A program made the translations under genes and the position numbers. 64,000 bases of DNA from Gemmatimonadota bacterium. GTDB lineage: Bacteria > Gemmatimonadota > Gemmatimonadetes > Longimicrobiales > Gaopeijiaceae. Of this stretch, positions 1 to 10,174 are shown piece after piece; the stretch's first letter is position 1; each line of letters starts with the position of its first letter. A model generated the notes under the pieces. It had not been told where the DNA came from, did no database searches, and saw only the letters and a program-made list of their open reading frames with translations. The stretch is taken from the NCBI GenBank assembly GCA_039589315.1, contig JBDHHQ010000005.1, positions 32,001-96,000 of the forward strand. Reading direction: 5' to 3'.

Positions 1-4
1 TCCG

Positions 5-1837
5 ATGACGCAGCGGTGTTCCGCCACCCGCCTGGGGGTGCTTGCAGCGGCGGCTGTGCTGGCGCCCGTGGGCGCCACGACACTGGCCGGCCAGTCCCCG
101 GGCTTGACGCCACGGGTGACGGTTCAGGTGGGCCTGAATCCTCACCAGATCGCCTTCTCTCCCGACGGCGCGCGCGTGTACGTGGCAGCCGCGGGCTCCG
201 ATCGCATAGCGATCCTGGACAGCGGGAGCGCGCAGGTACGCACCTCGCTCGAGGTGCCGGGGACCCCCATGGGCGTGGCCGTTCTGGACGGCGGCTCCTC
301 GCTGGTGGTGTCGCGCTTCGGATCCGACCGGCTTGCCCGTGTCGGCGCCAGCGCCGGCGCGCTCCTCGAGGAGCTACACGTAGGTGGCGCGCCCTCCCTC
401 CTGATCGGGCCCTTCCGCGGACAGCGCCTGCTGGTCAGCTCCGAGGCTACGGACCGGCTGCTCGTGGTCGATACGGAGTCCTTCCAGCTCGAGGCCACCG
501 TTCCGGTGGGCAGGCGGCCATTTCCACCGTCCGCCACGTCGGACGGACGCGTGGCGCTGGTACCCGGCTACGACGACGGCACCGTCACCCGCGTGGACGT
601 CGCCGCCGGACAGGCCGTATGGCAGCTGGAGGTGGGCGACCGACCCAGCGGAGGAGCGGTACTGCCCGGCGACACCCTCTACGCGGTCGCGATCCGGGGC
701 GAGGACCGCGTTGCGCTCGTCGACATCGACCGGGGCCGGGTCGTCGGCGACGTGCGCGAGGGCATCGGTGACGAGCCGTTCTCCGTGGTCGTGTCACCGG
801 CGCTCCGGGTGGCGTTCGTGAACAACACGGCCAGTCACGACATCTCGGTGATCGATCTCTCCACCCTGGAGGTCGTCGAGCGCGTGCCCGTGCCCGAGAT
901 TCCCATCGTCATGGCCGTCCACCCGGACGGAGGCTCCCTTTGGGTCTCGTCGGAGGGCCAGGACGGAGTCACGGTCCTGGATATCCCTGCGTCGTACCGC
1001 GGGGAGGCGCTCGCGGCCCTGCAAGGGCCGGGCGGGACCGACATCTGGGTGGCCGATCTGGTGGATCGAGAGGGCTGGCCGCAGCTCAGGTCCCTCCGCC
1101 GGGTCACGGACCGAGTGGGGTACGACAACCAGCCCCACCTGCTGCCTGGAGGACGGGTCCTCCTCTACACGTCGGTAGACGGTCAGGGTCAGGCGGACAT
1201 CTGGCGGGCCGACCTCGAGTCCACCGTCGCGGAGCCGTTCGCGCGCACGGCGCCCGAGAGCGAATACTCGGCCACGCTGATGCCAGACGGGCGCTCGATC
1301 TCGGTCGTACGCGTCGAGGCCGACTCCACCCAACGCCTCTGGCGGTTCGACCGTGACGGCGAGGACCCCGAGCTGATCGTGGAGGGCGTGGCGCCCGTGG
1401 GCTATCACGTCTGGGCGGACGAGGCGACGGTGGTGGTGTTCGTGCTCGGCGACCCTCCGACCCTACAAGTGGTGGACGTGGAGTCGGGAGCGGCGAGGGT
1501 GGTGGCGGAACGGGTGGGTCGGTCCCTGCATCGCATTCCGAACCGTGAGGCCATCTCCTTCGTGGAGTTCGACGAGCGCGGCTCCGCCACCATCAGGGCG
1601 CTGGACGTGGCGAGCGGAGTCACCACGACCCTGGTGCCGGCCCGATCGGGAAGCCAGGACCATGCCTGGACCCCGGACGGCGTCCTGCTGATGGCTGAGG
1701 GCTCGGAGCTCCACACGTGGACCCCCGAGGGCGGTTGGCGGTTCGTGGCGGACCTGGCCGCGCAGGGGCTCCGCGAGATCACGCGCCTGGCCGTGAGCCC
1801 GGAAGGTGACGTGCTCGCACTGGTGGCGAGTCGTTAG
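5..1837 (+). CDS. Secreted two-domain beta-propeller protein (N-terminal YVTN/YncE-like repeats plus C-terminal TolB/PD40-like propeller)
   Basis: Signal-peptide-like N-terminus; YVTN-type repeats (VGLNPHQIAFSPDGARVYVA, IPIVMAVHPDGGSLWVS); second module with GYDNQP, ESEYSATLMPDG, LAVSPEG. The start lies at the window edge. Confidence 0.7.
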   Translation: MTQRCSATRLGVLAAAAVLAPVGATTLAGQSPGLTPRVTVQVGLNPHQIAFSPDGARVYVAAAGSDRIAILDSGSAQVRTSLEVPGTPMGVAVLDGGSSLVVSRFGSDRLARVGASAGALLEELHVGGAPSLLIGPFRGQRLLVSSEATDRLLVVDTESFQLEATVPVGRRPFPPSATSDGRVALVPGYDDGTVTRVDVAAGQAVWQLEVGDRPSGGAVLPGDTLYAVAIRGEDRVALVDIDRGRVVGDVREGIGDEPFSVVVSPALRVAFVNNTASHDISVIDLSTLEVVERVPVPEIPIVMAVHPDGGSLWVSSEGQDGVTVLDIPASYRGEALAALQGPGGTDIWVADLVDREGWPQLRSLRRVTDRVGYDNQPHLLPGGRVLLYTSVDGQGQADIWRADLESTVAEPFARTAPESEYSATLMPDGRSISVVRVEADSTQRLWRFDRDGEDPELIVEGVAPVGYHVWADEATVVVFVLGDPPTLQVVDVESGAARVVAERVGRSLHRIPNREAISFVEFDERGSATIRALDVASGVTTTLVPARSGSQDHAWTPDGVLLMAEGSELHTWTPEGGWRFVADLAAQGLREITRLAVSPEGDVLALVASR

Positions 1838-1911
1838 GGAAGGTGCCTCAGGGCTGCTCGTTGGGCATCCGCGAGAGCACCCCGCGAAACCGCAATGCCC
1901 GAGAGGGAACG

Positions 1912-3636
1912 ATGAAACGACGTTGGCTGACCCACGCCTGCCTGTTCTCGGTGGTGGCGGGTTGCGCGGACGGGCCCCGCTACGACGTGCTGATCAGCGG
2001 GGGCATGGTCTACGACGGAACGGGCGAGGCGCCCTACGTGGGAGACGTGGGCGTGATCGGTGACCGCGTGGCCGCCGTGGGCGACCTGTCGGGTGCTCGG
2101 GCCGCCGACACGATCGCCGCATCGGGCCTGGCCGTGTCTCCTGGGTTCGTGAACATGCTCTCGTGGGCCACGGAGTCGCTGATCATCGATGGCCGTTCCC
2201 AAGGCGACATCCGGCAGGGCGTGACCCTGGAGGTCTTCGGTGAAGGTGTCTCCATGGGTCCCTTGAGCGAGGAGATGAAGGCCGATTACCTGGACGACTT
2301 CGTCGCCTACGTGGGGTCGGAAGAGGTCGCGGCCGAGCTTCTCGGAGGTCGGCTCGAGGTACCCTGGACCACCCTCAGTGAGTACCTCGCGTTTCTCGAG
2401 GCAAAGGGAGTCGCCCCGAACGTGGCCTCCTTCCTCGGCGCGACGACGGTACGGGTCCACGAGATCGGATACGCGGATCGGCCGCCCGCGCAGGACGAGT
2501 TGGGCCGGATGCTGGAGCTCGTCCACGCCGCCATGCGCGAAGGGGCCATGGGGATCGGCTCGTCCTTGATCTACGCGCCGGCGTTCTACGCCGAAAGGGA
2601 CGAGCTCATCGCCCTCTCCACCGTGGCTGGCGAGTACGGAGGGATGTACATCTCCCACATGCGGAGCGAGGGCAACCAGCTCCTGGAGGCCGTCGACGAG
2701 CTCATCACGATCTCGAGAGAGGCCGGGCTGCCGGCCGAGATCTACCACTTGAAGGCCGGTGGCCAAGAGAACTGGCCCAAGATGGACCGGGTGATCGAGA
2801 AGGTGGAGGCGGCCCGAGCCGAGGGGCTCCGCATCACCGCCGACATGTACACGTATCCCGCGGCATCCACCGGGCTGGACGCTGCGATGCCTCCCTGGGT
2901 CCAGGAAGGGGGCTACGACGCCTGGGCCGAGCGGCTCGGGGATCCCGCCGTCCGCGCCAGGGTCGCAGCGGAGATGGTGGCCGACCAGAACGAATGGGAG
3001 AACGTGATGCGGGCCGCCGGGCCGGAGGGCACGCTCCTGGTGGGGTTCAGGAACGCCGAGTTGAGGCACTATATCGGCCGAACCCTGGCCGACGTGTCGG
3101 CAGAGCGGGGAACGTCCGCGCAGGAGACCGCCATGGACCTGGTGGTGGAGGACGGCAGCCGTGTCCAGGTGGTCTACTTCCTCATGTCCGAGGAGAACAT
3201 CGAGAAGCAGATCGCCCAACCGTGGGTCGCTTTCGACTCCGACGCGGGATCCATGGCCACCGAGCCACCTTTCACCGACCAGAGCACCCACCCCCGCGCG
3301 TACGGCAACTTCGCCCGTCTCCTGGGCAGGTACGTGCGGGAACGGGGGGTCATCCCCCTCGAAGAGGCGATTCGCCGATTGACCTCTCTGTCCACGACGA
3401 ACCTGGGGATCCGTGACCGGGGACTCCTGGCCCAGGGATACTACGCCGACGTGGTCGTCTTCGACCCCGTGACGATCACCGATCACGCCACGTTCGAGGA
3501 GCCCCACCAGTACTCCACAGGCGTCGTCCACGTCCTGGTCAACGGCACACCGGTCCTGACCGATGGCGAGCACACGGGAGCGATGCCCGGGCGCGTCGTG
3601 CGCGGTCCGGGGTGGTCCGGTGGCGGCGGCGAGTAG
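1912..3636 (+). CDS. N-acyl-D-amino-acid deacylase family amidohydrolase, predicted lipoprotein
   Basis: YDVLISGGMVYDGTG, SHMRSEG, HPRAYGNFARLLGRYVRE, ADVVVFDP. ATG at 1912 follows a GAGGG RBS; lipobox VAG-C. Confidence 0.85.
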   Translation: MKRRWLTHACLFSVVAGCADGPRYDVLISGGMVYDGTGEAPYVGDVGVIGDRVAAVGDLSGARAADTIAASGLAVSPGFVNMLSWATESLIIDGRSQGDIRQGVTLEVFGEGVSMGPLSEEMKADYLDDFVAYVGSEEVAAELLGGRLEVPWTTLSEYLAFLEAKGVAPNVASFLGATTVRVHEIGYADRPPAQDELGRMLELVHAAMREGAMGIGSSLIYAPAFYAERDELIALSTVAGEYGGMYISHMRSEGNQLLEAVDELITISREAGLPAEIYHLKAGGQENWPKMDRVIEKVEAARAEGLRITADMYTYPAASTGLDAAMPPWVQEGGYDAWAERLGDPAVRARVAAEMVADQNEWENVMRAAGPEGTLLVGFRNAELRHYIGRTLADVSAERGTSAQETAMDLVVEDGSRVQVVYFLMSEENIEKQIAQPWVAFDSDAGSMATEPPFTDQSTHPRAYGNFARLLGRYVRERGVIPLEEAIRRLTSLSTTNLGIRDRGLLAQGYYADVVVFDPVTITDHATFEEPHQYSTGVVHVLVNGTPVLTDGEHTGAMPGRVVRGPGWSGGGGE

Positions 3637-3731
3637 CGTGGCGGCATCGCGACGTCCGCGTCCCCGCCGTTCGGAGGGCACGGCCCCGACGGGAGGGGCG
3701 AGGTCTCAGGCTCGGGTCGGTATGGGCCAGC

Positions 3732-5624
3732 GTGGCCCCTGAGGTCCCTGGCCCCACGCGAGAGAGCTGGCTCGATCGCCCGGCGGGCCCGCTGATCACG
3801 GCCCTCGCCATCGCCGCGGCCGCGTTTCACCTCTACGCGGCCGGGGTGGCGCCCTTCACCGCGCTGATCCAACGGCCCGTTCACCTGGCCCTCATGGCCT
3901 CGATGGGCTTCCTGGGCCTGGGAGTCCGCAGGTCCGCCACGGGTGAGGGGGGCGTGAGGAGCCGGTGGGCCACCTACCTGGCCCCTCTCCTGGTCCTCGC
4001 GGCGGTGGTGAGCTCCCTCTATCTCGTGACCCAACACGAGGAGCTCGTGCGGCGCACCGGCTCGCCGACGGGGGCCGACCTGGCCCTCGGGGTGCTCGGC
4101 ATCCTGGTTGTCCTCGAGCTCACCCGGCGAACGACCGGGTGGGGCCTGGTCACCGTGGCCGTCCTCGCGCTGGCATACGCGGCGGCGGGCCCCTACCTGC
4201 CAGGCGCGCTGGCCCACCGCGGGTACGGAACGACTAGGCTGGTGGAGCATCTGTACCTCTCCACCGAGGGCATCTGGGGCGTACCTCTGGGGGTCTCGGC
4301 CGACTTCGTCTACCTGTTCATCCTGTTCGGCGCGGTGCTGGATATAGCGGGCGGAGGCACTCTCCTCATTGGTCTGGCCAACCGGGTCGCCGGGGGAACG
4401 CGGGGAGGTCCGGCCAAGACGGCGGCTATCGGCAGTGCCTTCATGGGCTCCCTGTCCGGGAGCGCCGTGGCCAACGTGGTGACGACCGGCACGTTCACCA
4501 TCCCGCTCATGAAGCGTGCCGGATTCAAGCCCTACTTCGCTGGGGCCATCGAGGCCGCCGCGAGCACGGGAGGCCAGCTCATGCCGCCCGTCATGGGCGC
4601 CGGCGCGTTCATCCTGGCCACGTGGACCAACATCCCGTACGTGGAGGTGGCGGCTGCGGCGGTGATTCCGGCGGTCCTGTACTACGTGGCCGTGGTCATG
4701 GCCATCCACTTCCGGGCCGGCCGGATGGGCCTGGAGCCGGCGGGCGAGGGGGAGCGAGAGCCCATCCTACCACGGCTCCACCTCCTGATACCGCTGGTGG
4801 CCATCGTCGTGTTGCTGGTCATGGGTCGGTCACCGATGCGGGCGGCATTCTGGGGCGTTGCCAGCGCGGCCGTCGTGGCCCTCCTGGGCCGTAGTACCCG
4901 TCCGTCGCTGGAGGACGTGAAGCGGGCCGTCGTGGCCGCGGCCGGCGGAACGGTCCAGGTGGCTGCCGCCTGTGCCGCGGCGGGCATCGTGGTGGGCGTC
5001 GCGTCTTTGACCGGAATCGGCCTCCGCATGTCGGAGCTGATCGTGACCGTCTCCGGCGGACAGCTGCCGATCGCCCTCCTCCTGACCGCCGCGGGCTCCA
5101 TCGTGCTGGGTATGGGCCTCCCCACCACGGCCGCTTACGTCGTGTTGGCTGCCCTGGGGGCGCCCGCTCTGGTGGACCTGGGCGTACCGTTGCTGGCGGC
5201 CCACCTCTTCATCTTCTACTTCGGCTGTATCTCGAACGTGACGCCCCCCGTGTCCCTCGCCGCCTACGCGGCGTCCGGCATCGCCGGGTCTCCGCCCCTC
5301 CGAACCGCCGGGTACGCCATGACACTGGCGGCCGCTGGCTTCCTGGTGCCGTTCATGTTCGTCTACGGGCCGCCCTTGCTGCTGGACGGGAGCGTGGCCG
5401 AGATCCTCATGGCGTTGGCCACGGCGGTCGTGGGCGTGATCGCGTTGGCCGGGAGCACCATGGGCTTTGCCCGTCGCCCCCTGGCTCCCTGGGAACGCCT
5501 GCTGCTCGGCGGGGCCTCCGTCGCGTTGATGATGCCCGGGTGGCCCAGCGATCTCGTGGGCTTCGTCATCGTGGGGCTCCTCTTCTCGCGGGCGGGGCCT
5601 GGCGATGCGGGCCAGGGCGAGTAG
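3732..5624 (+). CDS. TRAP transporter fused 4TM/12TM permease (TAXI type)
   Basis: GGPAKTA, GSAVANVVTTGTFTIPLMK, EAAASTGGQLMPPVMGAGAF, GMGLPTTAAY, NVTPPV. The start is uncertain (GTG at 3732; the ORF opens at 3612). Confidence 0.9.
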   Translation: MAPEVPGPTRESWLDRPAGPLITALAIAAAAFHLYAAGVAPFTALIQRPVHLALMASMGFLGLGVRRSATGEGGVRSRWATYLAPLLVLAAVVSSLYLVTQHEELVRRTGSPTGADLALGVLGILVVLELTRRTTGWGLVTVAVLALAYAAAGPYLPGALAHRGYGTTRLVEHLYLSTEGIWGVPLGVSADFVYLFILFGAVLDIAGGGTLLIGLANRVAGGTRGGPAKTAAIGSAFMGSLSGSAVANVVTTGTFTIPLMKRAGFKPYFAGAIEAAASTGGQLMPPVMGAGAFILATWTNIPYVEVAAAAVIPAVLYYVAVVMAIHFRAGRMGLEPAGEGEREPILPRLHLLIPLVAIVVLLVMGRSPMRAAFWGVASAAVVALLGRSTRPSLEDVKRAVVAAAGGTVQVAAACAAAGIVVGVASLTGIGLRMSELIVTVSGGQLPIALLLTAAGSIVLGMGLPTTAAYVVLAALGAPALVDLGVPLLAAHLFIFYFGCISNVTPPVSLAAYAASGIAGSPPLRTAGYAMTLAAAGFLVPFMFVYGPPLLLDGSVAEILMALATAVVGVIALAGSTMGFARRPLAPWERLLLGGASVALMMPGWPSDLVGFVIVGLLFSRAGPGDAGQGE

Positions 5625-5637
5625 ACCGCCGACGCCG

Positions 5638-7119
5638 CTATCGTTCGCCCTCGGGCCTTTCTGGTCGTGACCCCGCCATGCGCTCGATCCGTGACGCAAG
5701 GCTATCGGCCAGGAGGCGGTAGCCCTCCTCCGTGTAGTGAGAGAGGATGCGATAGGGGAAGAGCGACAGGGGATCTTGGTGGGCCGCGAAAATGGGGGTG
5801 ACGTCGATGAGCGGGACTCCGGCGCCGGCGACCTGGGCCAGGATCTCCTCGCGGTGGGGATTCTGGCCCGGATCGTCGGAGAACCGTTCCCGGGCCGGCA
5901 AATACGCGATGACCAGTTGGCCTCCCCATGAAGCCACGTCGTCGCGGCCTCGCTCCAGGATGGCTCGAAACAGATCGGGATCCCAGGGGTGGGCCTCCAC
6001 GACGGTCTCACTACCGATCCTTCCGATCGCCTGACGGAGCTCCCAGAGCTTGAGCCAACGAAACAGCGGGTGGTTGCGGATGCGGCCTCGCCACTCCTCA
6101 CGCGCGGCAATCCACTCCCTCCGGCTCGCCTCCTCCTGTTCCCGAAGGTCGCGGACCCAGACCTCGAGTGCCCGGTCGAGCGCTGGCTGGACCTCGACGA
6201 GCTCCTGGGCGAAGCCGCCCTCGAGGTACCGTAGCAAAAGGTCCTGATCGCCCTCACCTGCCAGGTCTGCGAGGTCGTTCCCCTCAAAGAAGAGCCACAC
6301 CACCAGATCAGGCCGGAGGGGCTCTCCGTACTCCCGCAGCACGGCGAGTTGCCAGAGCGGTCCGCTACCCGACATACCCAGGCTCACCGTGGAAGGGACC
6401 CGGGACCGAAGGGCGGCGCCCGCGGTGTGCGTCGGTGGCACGCACCACCCCTCCGCGTAGGAATCGCCGAGCAGGGCGACCCGGACCGAGTCCGGGCGAT
6501 GAAGGCCGGGTGGGTTGTTGAAGCCGCGCTCGTCAGCGTCGTACCAGAACCACTCCCCCCACTCGTTGCACAGCACCATGAGGCGCCCGGCGACCCCCGG
6601 GGCCAGAGGAAGCAGCTCGCGGCCCTCGACACGGAGCCGTGGGGCCTTCTCGACGCTCTGCGCGTCGAAGCTCGGTAGGGCCGCTCGTCCCATCGCCTCG
6701 AGGTCTTCGATGACCTGGAGCTTCGTGCGGGGATCGAACTCTCCACCCGCCGCGACCACCTGGAGGCACCACGGCCGGTACTCGAGTCCCGCTGGACAGG
6801 CCGAATCTGCAACGGCCGCCGGCAACCCGGTCACGTTGCGGGGTCGCGCGAGGTACGTGAGGACGGCTTCTGCCCCGTAGACGGCAAGTCCGGTGGAGAT
6901 CAGCAGGAGGGCGACATTCACCTGCACCTCTCCCGACGCTCGCAACGCCAGGAGCAGGGCTCCGACCAGCAGCGTCGGCACGACGTAGAAGAGGGCGACG
7001 CTCCCAAAACCCACCAGCTTCCCGTCCAGGTCTGTCATGGCGTAGAGAAAGGCCAGAAACCCCGCCACCACCCCCGCCCAAAGGACGAGGCGCGCTGCCC
7101 TCACGATCCTGTGATCCAT
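5638..7119 (-). CDS. Membrane-anchored SGNH/GDSL hydrolase family protein
   Basis: Three N-terminal TM segments, LLGDSYAEG block I, FFEGND block III, C-terminal HYTEEGY. Confidence 0.75.
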   Translation of the reverse strand: MDHRIVRAARLVLWAGVVAGFLAFLYAMTDLDGKLVGFGSVALFYVVPTLLVGALLLALRASGEVQVNVALLLISTGLAVYGAEAVLTYLARPRNVTGLPAAVADSACPAGLEYRPWCLQVVAAGGEFDPRTKLQVIEDLEAMGRAALPSFDAQSVEKAPRLRVEGRELLPLAPGVAGRLMVLCNEWGEWFWYDADERGFNNPPGLHRPDSVRVALLGDSYAEGWCVPPTHTAGAALRSRVPSTVSLGMSGSGPLWQLAVLREYGEPLRPDLVVWLFFEGNDLADLAGEGDQDLLLRYLEGGFAQELVEVQPALDRALEVWVRDLREQEEASRREWIAAREEWRGRIRNHPLFRWLKLWELRQAIGRIGSETVVEAHPWDPDLFRAILERGRDDVASWGGQLVIAYLPARERFSDDPGQNPHREEILAQVAGAGVPLIDVTPIFAAHQDPLSLFPYRILSHYTEEGYRLLADSLASRIERMAGSRPERPEGER

Positions 7120-7203
7120 GCGCTATCCCTCGCGTTCCCGAGCCGCTCGTCGCGACCGCGGCTCGCCGAACCTGGGACCGGCGTCACCAGCTCGCCAGAG
7201 TCC

Positions 7204-7935
7204 TCAGTCGACCTTCGACCGAACGTAGACGAGGACGGTCCGGTCCTGCCCTCCGTGCGGGGTTCTGAAGTCGATCTTGTCGGCCAGGTCGAGAGGGGAG
7301 TCCGCCAGTAGCTCCTCGTAGGTGGCCAGCGACCTCCAGCGCACGATCTCGGACGCCGTCGCGGGAGCGGACGACATCTCATGGTGGGGTACCAGGCACT
7401 CCTCGATGACCAGATGGCCACCCGGATTCACCATGTTGGCGAGGTTCTGGACGCCGTCGGCGTGGACACCGTCATCCGTGATCACCATCATCACGGCCGA
7501 GCTCACGATGAAGTCGTACGTCGCGTCGGTGTTGAAGGTGTCGACGCCCGCTACGTGGAGCTCTACGTCCGGGCCGACGTGGTCGCGGGCGGCAGCGATG
7601 GCCCGGCTGGAGAAGTCGAAGCCCGTTACGGCAAAGCCCATCTCCACGAAGCGCCGCGTGAAGAGTCCGTTTCCGCACCCGGCGTCCAGGAGCGTGCGGT
7701 GGTCGGGGAGCCTGAACCGCTCCACCGCGCCCCCGACCATCTCCCAGCGCAGCTCGAACTCTTCGAGGTTCTGCTCGACCGTGAGGCCGATGTGCCCGCT
7801 CGCGGAGTGGGGGTGTATGGCGTCGTAGATCTTGTCCCACCAGTGGTGGGGCTTCGCATAGGCGCCTCGCTTCTTCCGCCGGCGAAAGAACCGCACGATC
7901 ACCTCCGGAGTCTTGAGGGAGCGGGTCCAGTCCAC
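7204..7935 (-). CDS. Class I SAM-dependent methyltransferase
   Basis: LLDAGCGNG motif I, VTGFDFS, YDFIV, NPGGHLVI. The start is uncertain. Confidence 0.8.
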   Translation of the reverse strand: MDWTRSLKTPEVIVRFFRRRKKRGAYAKPHHWWDKIYDAIHPHSASGHIGLTVEQNLEEFELRWEMVGGAVERFRLPDHRTLLDAGCGNGLFTRRFVEMGFAVTGFDFSSRAIAAARDHVGPDVELHVAGVDTFNTDATYDFIVSSAVMMVITDDGVHADGVQNLANMVNPGGHLVIEECLVPHHEMSSAPATASEIVRWRSLATYEELLADSPLDLADKIDFRTPHGGQDRTVLVYVRSKVD

Positions 7936-8117
7936 TCGGTTTCCTGCCGCTGTTGTCGGCGACAGCCGTCGCGATCGGTTGTTCCCGATCCGACAGCGGC
8001 CCGGCTCACTTGGTGGCTGGCGGACTGCGGCCCTAGGTTGGCACCTCCGGCAGCGCTTCCGCTCGAGGGGGGGCCGCCCCGCCGAGCCGCGTCGCCTTCA
8101 GCCTCACCCGGACATAC

Positions 8118-9269
8118 ATGCTCAGCCAGAAGGAAGCCTTCCGTCTTCCGTCCGATCTCCACTACATCAACTGCGCGTACATGGGTCCGTTGCCGCAGGC
8201 CACCGAGGAGGTCGGGATCCGCTGCCTGCGCCGGAAGCGCAATCCGGTCGACATCGTCCCGGAGGACTTCTTCCGGGACAGCGACGAGCTGCGATCACTG
8301 TTCGCGCGGCTCGTGCACGCGGACCCCGGACGCATCGCGATCATGCCGTCCGCGTCATACGGCGTTGCCACGGCGTGCCTGAATCTCCCCCTGGGTCCGG
8401 GCCGCAAGGTGGTCATGGCCGGAGAGCAGTTCCCGGGCAACGTGTACAGTTGGCGAAGCGCCGCTGCCCGGCAGGGCGGGACGGCGGTCATGGTGGATCC
8501 GCCCGACGCCGAGCAGCGGGGCAGGGAGTGGAACACTCGTCTCCTGGAGGCCATCGGGCCCGACACGGCCGTGGTGGCTCTCGGAAGCGTGCACTGGACG
8601 GACGGAACGCGCTTCGACCTCGAGGCCATCGGTGCCCGGGCCCGAGAGGTGGGAGCCGCGCTGGTGGTGGATGGCACCCAGTCGGTGGGAGCCGTCCCAT
8701 TCGACGTGAGCGCGGTGCAGCCGGACGCGCTCATCTGTGCAGGATACAAGTGGCTTCTGGGTCCATACGCCGTGGCCCTGGGCTACTTCGGTCCCCGCTT
8801 CGACCACGGCCTCCCCCTCGAGGAGACGTGGATCGCTCGCAAGGGCAGCGAGGACTTCAAGGGACTGGTCGAGTACGTGGACGAGTATCAACCCGGGGCG
8901 GTCCGCTTCGACGTGGGTGAGCGCGCCAACTTCATCCTCGTTCCCATGCAGGTAGCGTCACTGAAGCTCGTCCTGGAGTGGACGCCGGAGGCGATCCAGC
9001 GCTACACCGAGGACCTGACGAGGGACATGCTGGTCGAGGCCGCCGAGCTGGGGTACGGCGTGGAGGAGTCGGCCTACCGCTCCCCACACCTCTTCGGCGT
9101 GAAGATGCCCGCGGGCCTGGACCTACGTGCGGTCCGGGACGCGCTGGCTCGCAGGAACGTCATCGTATCGCTCCGGGGGAGCTCGCTGCGGGTATCACCC
9201 CACCTGTACAACGACCGCCCGGACGTCGAGGCGCTGCTGGAGGTGCTCCGGGAGGTGAGGGAGCTCTAG
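8118..9269 (+). CDS. Class V PLP-dependent aminotransferase (C-S lyase/kynureninase-like)
   Basis: YINCAYMGP, VDGTQSVG, AGYKWLLGP (PLP lysine), LRVSPHLYN. No SufS-type catalytic Cys motif seen. Confidence 0.85.
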   Translation: MLSQKEAFRLPSDLHYINCAYMGPLPQATEEVGIRCLRRKRNPVDIVPEDFFRDSDELRSLFARLVHADPGRIAIMPSASYGVATACLNLPLGPGRKVVMAGEQFPGNVYSWRSAAARQGGTAVMVDPPDAEQRGREWNTRLLEAIGPDTAVVALGSVHWTDGTRFDLEAIGARAREVGAALVVDGTQSVGAVPFDVSAVQPDALICAGYKWLLGPYAVALGYFGPRFDHGLPLEETWIARKGSEDFKGLVEYVDEYQPGAVRFDVGERANFILVPMQVASLKLVLEWTPEAIQRYTEDLTRDMLVEAAELGYGVEESAYRSPHLFGVKMPAGLDLRAVRDALARRNVIVSLRGSSLRVSPHLYNDRPDVEALLEVLREVREL

Positions 9270-9367
9270 CGGCAGGGCACGGGCCCCGCCACGGGCCGCC
9301 GTTCGCCCGGGACCGGTACCCCGCGCTGCATCGGCGATGGAGAGCGGGCGGCGGCCTGCGAGGCGGC

Positions 9368-9964
9368 CTACCGAGCTCCGAAGACGATCTCGGCCTGCAG
9401 GCCCACGCGAATCTCCTGCTCCTCCAGCCAGCCCTTGCGCACTTCGAGGGCGAACATGGCCGGTGCGGAAGAATCGTGGAGCGCCGTGCTCTCGGGCTCC
9501 ATCTGCTTGATATCCACGATACGGCTGCGCGAGTCGAGAAAGGCGATGTCCAGGGCGATGTAGGTGTTCTGCATCCAGAAGGACCGGACCGCCTCGTCGG
9601 GGAACACGAACAGCATGCCGGTGCCGTCCGGGAGGTCCTCCCGGTACATGAGCCCCTGACGCCGCTCCTCCGCAGAGGCCGCGACCTCGGCGGTAACGGT
9701 ATCGGCACCCAGAATCACCCAGGCCATGCCGCGGCCAGGGCCTTCCTGGTGGCCCGGCGTCGCTACCTCGCCCTCGGCGCCGGACCGCGGGGTCCGCATC
9801 GCGTCGTCCTCCTCCGCCGCGACCTCTGCACCGGCACTGGCAGTGGAGCCACAGCCGGCCGTGAGCGCGAGCAGCGCGAATCCCCAAACGACCCTCCTCA
9901 GCGGTCGAACGGGATCGTGGCCGGTCAGAGCCGCGGTGCGGGTGGGAATCCTCATGCGGCCCAT
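9368..9964 (-). CDS. DUF192 family protein, possible lipoprotein
   Basis: GLMYRE, GMLFVF, FWMQNTYIALDIAF, ALEV; lipobox-like TAG-C. The start is uncertain. Confidence 0.8.
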   Translation of the reverse strand: MGRMRIPTRTAALTGHDPVRPLRRVVWGFALLALTAGCGSTASAGAEVAAEEDDAMRTPRSGAEGEVATPGHQEGPGRGMAWVILGADTVTAEVAASAEERRQGLMYREDLPDGTGMLFVFPDEAVRSFWMQNTYIALDIAFLDSRSRIVDIKQMEPESTALHDSSAPAMFALEVRKGWLEEQEIRVGLQAEIVFGAR

Positions 9965-10174
9965 GGTATGGTTTCCGGTCCTCTGCATGTGTAGTCTCAC
10001 GTGACCGAGCCTCTTTGCCGCCTTCACCGGCGTTGCCGGGCCGCGGGGGTCCGCCTCTTGAACTCGGGCGCCCCCCCGGCACCGCTCCCCCGCCAGCGCG
10101 GAGCGGCTCTCGAACAGGCGCCAGCGTCATACTTCGAATGCGCCGAGAGGATCCACTCCAGGAGGGATGGGACC

